Assembly (NCBI GenBank): GCA_046714175.1
Contig: JBKKBI010000045.1
Span: 200-64,199, forward strand
Direction: 5' to 3'
Source: Acidimicrobiia bacterium
GTDB lineage: Bacteria > Actinomycetota > Acidimicrobiia > Spongiisociales > UBA11373
Length of the DNA: 64,000 bases
This document shows positions 57,940 to 64,000 of this stretch, piece after piece (position 1 is the first letter of the stretch; every line of letters starts with the position of its first letter). The position numbers and the translations under genes are program-made. The notes beneath the pieces were generated by a model. That model searched no databases. It saw nothing but the letters and a program-made list of their open reading frames with translations, and was not told the DNA's origin.

Positions 57940-59048
57940 GCCAGCACGCGCATGGCCCGAAGTGTGTTCCAACGGCTGGGCCTTCCCTCACCTTCGTCCA
58001 AGTCGAAGTGGACCCGGCCCGGATGGGGATTCTCCAGCGGCCATCGTCCGTCGTCGCCCCGCTTCTTTTCGACCAGGTCGATCGCCTCGGCGCAACGCTC
58101 ATCCGGTGCGACGCCCGCGTTCCGCAGATAGTCGAGTCCCCGTAAAACGTCGTAGTGCCAGCGCGTGGGAAACGAAAACTGTGTCCATGCGGGATCGACC
58201 ACCTCAAAAGTGGATAGGCGACGGAACATGCGTCGCTCCAGCAGATACTCCTGACCTCGGAGGCGGGCGGCGGTCAGGCTCGAGGAGGCTCCGTTGGCCC
58301 GTTCGTATTCGAGCAGTCCTTCGAGAACGGCGATCGTGGTGTTGAACGAAGAGCGGGTCGAGCCCCTCTCCGCCTCGCAGTTCCATCCACCATCCCCGAG
58401 CTGCTCCTCGAGGAGCCGTTCGACGACACCGTCGACGGTCTGGCCAAAGTAAGCGCCGAGGGCCACGGTCTTTCCGTTGATGCACGGCTCGACCTCTCCA
58501 TCGAAGTAGTTCTGACCGTCGTGATCCCACTTGATGTTCTCCCGAACCAGCCCCACCGCGCGATGCGCCTGTTCGCTCCCCGGGTCGACGCCCATCTCAC
58601 GGAGGAGAAGCAAGGTGTGGGTGGTCGAGGTCCACTCGGGCTTGAGGGTGCCGATGGCGTTCCACAGCCACTGGAGAGCTCTCCGGTACCTCTCGACTCG
58701 CTCATCGCCGGGGTCCGGTTCACCGTTCTCCCACGCGGACAGGGTCGGGTTGTCGATGTCGATGAAACCGGCGAGGTCATCGATAGAGACACCGTGCAGT
58801 TGGCGCAGCAACTTGCGGGTCGCCATGTCGGGGAGACCAGCATCCGTTGGCTTGCTTCGGTGGGCCAGCACCTCCCGGCCCCAATAACCGTCGGCGTCCT
58901 GAAGGGCGAGCAACCGCGCCCCCCACCCATCGGTGGCCACCCGGGAGCGTTCGGCGGCGATCGCCGCTTCGGACTCGGAGGTGAGATCCCTCATCACCTG
59001 CCACCGGAGCGCGGGGTCGGAGTCAAGCAGCCACGACATGACAGTCAT
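57912..59048 (-). CDS. Alpha/alpha-toroid (prenyltransferase / squalene-cyclase-repeat-like) protein with an embedded HTH-like segment
   Basis: 378 aa. Contains LLDSDPALRWQVMRDL, QDADGYWG, GDGGWNCE and DDGRWPL-type repeat motifs. Residues about 75-110 (TRKLLRQLHGVSIDDLAGFIDIDNPTLSAWENGE) look like an XRE-type helix-turn-helix. Confidence 0.7.
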   Translation of the reverse strand: MTVMSWLLDSDPALRWQVMRDLTSESEAAIAAERSRVATDGWGARLLALQDADGYWGREVLAHRSKPTDAGLPDMATRKLLRQLHGVSIDDLAGFIDIDNPTLSAWENGEPDPGDERVERYRRALQWLWNAIGTLKPEWTSTTHTLLLLREMGVDPGSEQAHRAVGLVRENIKWDHDGQNYFDGEVEPCINGKTVALGAYFGQTVDGVVERLLEEQLGDGGWNCEAERGSTRSSFNTTIAVLEGLLEYERANGASSSLTAARLRGQEYLLERRMFRRLSTFEVVDPAWTQFSFPTRWHYDVLRGLDYLRNAGVAPDERCAEAIDLVEKKRGDDGRWPLENPHPGRVHFDLDEGEGRPSRWNTLRAMRVLAWYERRHAR

Positions 59049-59178
59049 CGCTTCACTCCAGATCTCGGCGGCCGAAGCCCGACACGTTAGAGAGCTCGGC
59101 GGGGCTTGATCCGCGCGGCGAGCGCGTCCGAACCCGTCTCTCTATCCCCCGGTGTGCAGCCCCCTCCACCACCGCCCT

Positions 59179-59961
59179 CTACACCAACCCGGTCAGGTCC
59201 ACCGGTCGCACCGCATCACCCGCACCGCTGATCGGGGAGATCGAGATCACGGTGTCGGCGGCGGCGCCGACGTCGGTCGCGCTGTCGTTGCCATCCGCAG
59301 CCGGAATCAAGCCGCCGTATTGGTGCACATACACGCCGGGGCTCTGTTCGGCGAAGAGCCGGTCGTAACCGGCTCGGGCCACGCGGGTGATTCGCCGCTC
59401 GGTGGCCTCGTCGGCGGTGTCCGGGATGCCGACGTTGAGCACGTCTCCGGGTCGCAACAATGGGAAGGCGTCGGCGGCGAGGCGCGCCGCTACCCGTCCG
59501 AGCCGGGACCACATCTCGGTGGCACCGGGACCCAGCGACCACTCCTTCCACCTCTTCCACTCGACCACCTCGGAACCGGCTGAAAAGGCGATGGCGGGGA
59601 TCCCGGCGATTCCGGCCTCGAGGGCGGCGCCGGCGGTGCCGCTGGACTGCAGGTAGGCAGTGCCGTGGTTGTAACCGATGTTGACCCCGGTGACGACGAG
59701 GTCGGGGCGGTGCGGAACGAGGAGGTGGATTCCCAACTGGACACAGTCCGCCGGGTACCCGCTGCAGGCAAACACTTCGAGGCCGGCAACGATGCGTCGC
59801 TCGACGGTGACCCGATCGAAGCGGGTGATGGCCTTGGCGACCCAGGAACGCTCCCCGTCGGGCACTACCACGGTCACCTCGCCGAACTCCGCCAGGGCCT
59901 GGGCGAAGGGGATCAGCGCCGGAGCGTCGATACCGTCGTCATTGCTGAGCAGGATATGCAT
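59179..59961 (-). CDS. surE: 5'/3'-nucleotidase SurE
   Basis: 260 aa. MHILLSNDDGIDAPAL N-terminus. Contains GVNIGYNHG. Confidence 0.88.
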   Translation of the reverse strand: MHILLSNDDGIDAPALIPFAQALAEFGEVTVVVPDGERSWVAKAITRFDRVTVERRIVAGLEVFACSGYPADCVQLGIHLLVPHRPDLVVTGVNIGYNHGTAYLQSSGTAGAALEAGIAGIPAIAFSAGSEVVEWKRWKEWSLGPGATEMWSRLGRVAARLAADAFPLLRPGDVLNVGIPDTADEATERRITRVARAGYDRLFAEQSPGVYVHQYGGLIPAADGNDSATDVGAAADTVISISPISGAGDAVRPVDLTGLV

Positions 59962-60038
59962 GTCCGGGCACGCTACCCGGGAACCGGAGGGTTCCCGGAT
60001 ATCGTCCCAGCGGGGACACTCAATGGAGGTTCCGTCTC

Positions 60039-62261
60039 ATGCGCCGCTCGGTCCCGCTCTTCGCCGCTCTCGCCATGATTCTGACCGCATGTGCGGGCCA
60101 GTCCGGCTCCACCGGTACCACCGGCGGCTTCTCCGGCTTCTCCGCAGGGTTCAACCCGCGCAGTCTCACCTTTTCGGCACGACTGGTGCCATTCGACGCC
60201 TGTGATGCCGTGTTGGCCCACTTCAAGGCCGAAGCCACGGAACGGGTCGGGCCCTATGGTTTGAACGGAGGCCCGTTTTGGTACGGCCCGGTGTTCAGCG
60301 AAGGCGATGTCGCCGGCGGCGCCCGTGACGACGCCGGCACTGTGACGACCTTGGCATCCGGCCTCCCCAGCACCGGGGGCAACGGGAGCGGCGAGCACTC
60401 CGGCACCAACGTCCAAGTGGCCGGTGTCGATGAGCCCGACATCGTCAAGACCAACGGCGAGTGGATCGTGGCGATCATCGACGGCGTGATGCGCTACTTC
60501 GACGTCACCGGACCAGAGGCCGTCCTGCGCGACGAGGTTCGCCTCGAGTCGGGCTGGGGACATCGGTTCTTCATCAGCGACGGCCGCGCCTTCGTCTTCA
60601 GCCAGGGCGACCTGTGGGGAATCCCGATGTTCGCCTCCGATGCGGCTCGGATCGCCCCGGGTGGCTGGAGTTCACCGGTCTCGATCGTGCAAGAGATCGA
60701 CCTGAGCGACCCCGACTCCCTCCGGGTGGTGCGCACGGTTCGTCTCGACGGCACCTACTTGAGCGCCCGGGCGATCGGTGACACCGTGCGGATGGTCGTC
60801 ACCTCGTACCCGCACCAGCTTCCGTTCGTGTATCCCTCCACCCCTGGCGCCGAGGACTTCGCCCTAGAGGCCAACCGCGGCATCATCGCCGACTCGACCA
60901 TCGCGACCTGGCTCCCCGGGTACACGGTGTACGACGCAGCCGGTAACGAGACCGACTCTGGTCTCCTGGTGGACTGCTCCCGGATGCATCGCCCCGAGGA
61001 GTTCGCCGGGTTCGACACCCTCTCGGTGACAACCCTCGATCTCGGCGCCGCGCTGGAGGTGGGCGGTGGCACCGGTGTGATCGCCGAGGGGCAGACCGTC
61101 TACGCCTCCACCGACAGCCTGTATGTGTCGACCAACGTGTTCATCCCGGAGAATGCCTGGCAGCTCTTCCCCGACGACATGGACGAGTTGGAGCAGACCT
61201 ACGAGACCGCCATTCACAAGTTCGACATCTCTGGAGATGGACCCGCCTCGTACCGGGCGAGTGGATCGGTGGAGGGCCACCTTCTCAACCAATTCGCATT
61301 GGATGAGTTTGAAGGCTTCCTGCGAGTGGCCACCACCACAGGCACGCCTTGGGGCGGCGAAGACTCGGCGTCCCAGGTGGTCGTTCTCGCCGAAAGCGAT
61401 GGCGAACTGAACGAGGTCGGCTCCGTGGGCGACATGGGAGAGGGCGAGCGCATCTACTCGGTGCGGTTCATCGGGCCCACCGGATATGTGGTGACCTTCC
61501 GCCAGGTCGATCCGCTCTATGTGCTCGACCTGCGCGACCCGGAGGATCCGCAGGTGTCTGGCGAGCTGAAGATCCCTGGTTACTCCGCCTACCTGCATCC
61601 GATCGGCGAGGGCTTGTTGCTCGGCGTGGGCCAGGACGCCGACAGCGACGGCCGGGTGCTCGGAGCCAAGGCGACGCTGTTCGATGTCTCCGATCCTGCC
61701 GATCCTCGGGAATTGGGATCGTGGACAGTGCGCGATGGCTACACCGACGTGGAGTGGGATCACCTCGCGTTCCTCCACTGGGCACCAGATGACATCGCGG
61801 TGCTGCCGCTTGCGTTGTGGCAGGACCAGTTCTTCGGAGCGGTGGTCCTCAAGACCGACGACGGGCTGCGTGAGTTTGGCCGGATCAACCATCACCGCGA
61901 CCCGGACACGATCCCCACCAGCGACTGTCGGGTAATCGATACCTCGGGCGAGAGCAAGGCCGCTGGAATCGTCGTGCAGGTGTGCGAACCCGAGGACATA
62001 GGTGGCTACGCCGGGACCTACTGCGAGCGCATCCCCGCCGCCGAGGCGCAGGCGTGGGTCGAGGACTCCTACGGGATCGAACTCGGCGACATCGCCGTCG
62101 ACGAACGTGTCGAGGTGTGCTGGCCCGACGGTGCCAACCAGGATCCGCAGATCGTGCGTTCCATCGTGATCGGTGACACCTTGTGGACCCTGTCATGGCG
62201 GGCGTTGCAGGCAAACACCATCGATGATCTCGCGGTCGAGTCGACGCTCTGGTTTGGGTAG
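60039..62261 (+). CDS. Secreted beta-propeller domain lipoprotein (Beta_propel family)
   Basis: 740 aa. Lipobox LAMILTACAG. Contains TNVQVAGVDEPDIVKTNG, RIYSVRFIGPTGYVVTFRQVDPLYVLDLRDPEDPQVSGELKIPGYSAYLHPI, typical of this family. Confidence 0.8.
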   Translation: MRRSVPLFAALAMILTACAGQSGSTGTTGGFSGFSAGFNPRSLTFSARLVPFDACDAVLAHFKAEATERVGPYGLNGGPFWYGPVFSEGDVAGGARDDAGTVTTLASGLPSTGGNGSGEHSGTNVQVAGVDEPDIVKTNGEWIVAIIDGVMRYFDVTGPEAVLRDEVRLESGWGHRFFISDGRAFVFSQGDLWGIPMFASDAARIAPGGWSSPVSIVQEIDLSDPDSLRVVRTVRLDGTYLSARAIGDTVRMVVTSYPHQLPFVYPSTPGAEDFALEANRGIIADSTIATWLPGYTVYDAAGNETDSGLLVDCSRMHRPEEFAGFDTLSVTTLDLGAALEVGGGTGVIAEGQTVYASTDSLYVSTNVFIPENAWQLFPDDMDELEQTYETAIHKFDISGDGPASYRASGSVEGHLLNQFALDEFEGFLRVATTTGTPWGGEDSASQVVVLAESDGELNEVGSVGDMGEGERIYSVRFIGPTGYVVTFRQVDPLYVLDLRDPEDPQVSGELKIPGYSAYLHPIGEGLLLGVGQDADSDGRVLGAKATLFDVSDPADPRELGSWTVRDGYTDVEWDHLAFLHWAPDDIAVLPLALWQDQFFGAVVLKTDDGLREFGRINHHRDPDTIPTSDCRVIDTSGESKAAGIVVQVCEPEDIGGYAGTYCERIPAAEAQAWVEDSYGIELGDIAVDERVEVCWPDGANQDPQIVRSIVIGDTLWTLSWRALQANTIDDLAVESTLWFG

Positions 62262-62277
62262 AAGCTGAGAATCCCCG

Positions 62278-62595
62278 TTACGGCTCCGGGGGAGTCGTAT
62301 CGGTCTCGGTGCGGAACCAGTCGCCGACCTTGCCCGCTCCGCGGCGGGCCCCTGTTACGGCCGATCCGGCCCAGCTCTTGCCACGGTCAGCGGCGCGCCG
62401 GGCCCGGGGAAATTCGCGTCCCAGGATCGAAAGGCCGGCAATGACCACCAGGGTTCCCGGTCCGGGAAGCGGAATCAGGATCAGCCCTACCGCCACCGTG
62501 GCGCCGCCGGCAACCGCCACCGAGACCCGGCGGGCGTGGCGCCGCATCGAGGGGGTCCGGGCGGGTTCCACGGGTTCAGGGGGAGGAGTGGTCAT
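62278..62595 (-). CDS. PGPGW-motif small transmembrane protein
   Basis: 105 aa. Contains GLILIPLPGPGTLVVIAGLSILGREF. Confidence 0.7.
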   Translation of the reverse strand: MTTPPPEPVEPARTPSMRRHARRVSVAVAGGATVAVGLILIPLPGPGTLVVIAGLSILGREFPRARRAADRGKSWAGSAVTGARRGAGKVGDWFRTETDTTPPEP

Positions 62596-62679
62596 CGTGA
62601 GTTTCGACTCCTGACGCTGCTCCGCGGTTCCGGCAGCGACCGGTGTCCGGAGTCTGGCAGCGGGCTACGAATAGTCACC

Positions 62680-64000
62680 CTAGGGCTGGGTACCTCCGAC
62701 TGGCTTGCGCGCTACGAGCACCAGGCTGTCCAGGCGCCAGCGGTTCCCTGCGGCGAAGGGATTGCTCACCATCTGCACCTCTTGCAGACCGGCATCGGCG
62801 AGCAGGCGACGCAGGTCCTTGCGGGTGAAGTGCCAGATGTGCTTGTGCGGCTTCAATGTCCACCACCGAGTGCGTAGCAGGCGAGCCGGCAGCGAATCGA
62901 ACCGGGGGCAGGACAGGGCGATGACTCCTCCGGGCCGAACCAGCGCAACGGCGGCGTCGAGGAAGGCACGGGGATCGGGGACGTGCTCGATCGTATCCCA
63001 GAACGCGACGACGTCGTGGTCGGCCGGCGGAAGGTCCACCACTTCGCCGACATGGATCTTGGTGCCGACACGCTCCGACGCCACCGCCGCCGCCACCGCC
63101 GAGAACTCCAGGCCATCGACCTGGTATCCGCGCTCCTGTGCCGCCTCCAGGAACATTCCATACGCGCATCCCACCTCGAACAGGCTGTGTCTCGGCCCGC
63201 CATCGAGAGTTGCGTCGATCAGGTCCAAGCGACCTTCGGCCCAGGTGCGCTGCAGGCCCTTGGCTCCGGCGGTCTTGTAAACCCCGGAGTCGAAGTACGC
63301 CCGCGCCCCATAGAGGGCAAGTCGCCCGTCGTGGTTGAGGCGCGGACTCATGAATGCCTGGCCGCATTGCGGGCAGTCGACTAGGGCGAACTGATCCAGC
63401 TGCCAGCGCCTTCGGCCGGGGACGCGGCAGCGGAAGCACACCGCGTCCTCAAAATGCTCGGCGGGATAGGCACCCCAGCGTCCGGGTCGCATTCCTCTGG
63501 CTTTCGATCGGCTCCACCCGATCGCCGCGATGGCTCCTGCGACCGTGGGCACAGCGTAGGTGATGAATCGGAAGACCAGGACACCCGCCGCCACCGCCGC
63601 AGACCGGGGAGCGTCCAGACCCGCGGTGAGGAGTCCGGTGAGTCCCACCTCGGTCACTCCGAGAGAACCCGGAGTAAGTGGTATCGCCGAGATCAGCCGG
63701 ATCAGCGAAAACGCCGCGAGCACGGTCACCGAGGGCACGTCGGCTGTGGTGACTCCGCTGGCCCGCAGCGACATCTCCAGGCAGGCGTAGATGGAGAGGT
63801 GGTACGCCAGGGTGGCGAGCATCAACCGCACCCAGCGGGTGCCGACCGCCTCGCCGATCACACCGATGAATCGCTCCGATGGTGAGGCGGCCGAGTCCGC
63901 AGGCTTGCGCAACAGCCGGCGCACCCAGGCGATGAAGCGGTCGATGGGGGCAAGCACGCGGGGCCGGAGCCGGGAGGATCGCAGCACGACCACTATCGCT
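62680..64000 (-). CDS. Fusion protein: flippase-like (MprF/lysylphosphatidylglycerol-synthase TM region) domain plus Zn-ribbon class I SAM methyltransferase; N-terminus probably beyond window end
   Basis: A single frame without stops. TM-rich N-terminal part (LIRLISAIPLTPGSLGVTEVGLTGLL), then CFRC...CPQC, then LFEVGCAYGMF, and VVAFWDTIEHVPDP, a methyltransferase motif. The track start at 63993 is unlikely to be the true start because the TM domain is incomplete. Confidence 0.7.
   Translation of the reverse strand, partial: AIVVVLRSSRLRPRVLAPIDRFIAWVRRLLRKPADSAASPSERFIGVIGEAVGTRWVRLMLATLAYHLSIYACLEMSLRASGVTTADVPSVTVLAAFSLIRLISAIPLTPGSLGVTEVGLTGLLTAGLDAPRSAAVAAGVLVFRFITYAVPTVAGAIAAIGWSRSKARGMRPGRWGAYPAEHFEDAVCFRCRVPGRRRWQLDQFALVDCPQCGQAFMSPRLNHDGRLALYGARAYFDSGVYKTAGAKGLQRTWAEGRLDLIDATLDGGPRHSLFEVGCAYGMFLEAAQERGYQVDGLEFSAVAAAVASERVGTKIHVGEVVDLPPADHDVVAFWDTIEHVPDPRAFLDAAVALVRPGGVIALSCPRFDSLPARLLRTRWWTLKPHKHIWHFTRKDLRRLLADAGLQEVQMVSNPFAAGNRWRLDSLVLVARKPVGGTQP

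Overview
High-GC (roughly two-thirds G+C) actinobacterial-type chromosomal DNA covering the replication-origin neighbourhood. The core synteny is the classic actinobacterial one. On the minus strand: ECF sigma/anti-sigma (plus strand), trxB, trxA, cwlM-like, then parB-parA-rsmG and jag-yidC-yidD-rnpA-rpmH. On the plus strand: dnaA-dnaN-recF-DUF721(DciA-like)-gyrB-gyrA-DUF3566. Two perfect parS palindromes lie upstream of rsmG. DnaA-box clusters lie in both the rpmH-dnaA and dnaA-dnaN spacers.

Upstream are rpsF-ssb-rpsR-rplI-dnaB, panB, a translationally coupled pyrimidine operon (pyrC-pyrB-pyrF/pyrE fusion-pyrD), padR-ino1, nfo, uppS, prkA, cca, pilT, and a deacetylase/GNAT divergent pair. 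Downstream of gyrA are a cobalamin riboswitch controlling a BtuFCD-like importer, a DUF6529/cupredoxin pair, peptidases, surE, a beta-propeller lipoprotein and a flippase-like/methyltransferase fusion.

I found no rRNA, tRNA, CRISPR, transposase, integrase or recognisable defence system. Most long overlapping ORFs in the track are high-GC alternate-frame artefacts.

The most unusual signal is non-coding: about 15 short tandem arrays of period 7 nt. They fall into five sequence families, were seen only in intergenic DNA, and often abut stop codons or form inverted array pairs. The longest is (GCAACGG)x12.

The second point of interest is that the pyr operon looks eukaryote-like. PyrC and PyrB resemble the DHOase and ATCase domains of CAD and sit in CAD domain order, next to an OMP-decarboxylase/OPRTase fusion. 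All family calls come from reading the translations, not from searches.
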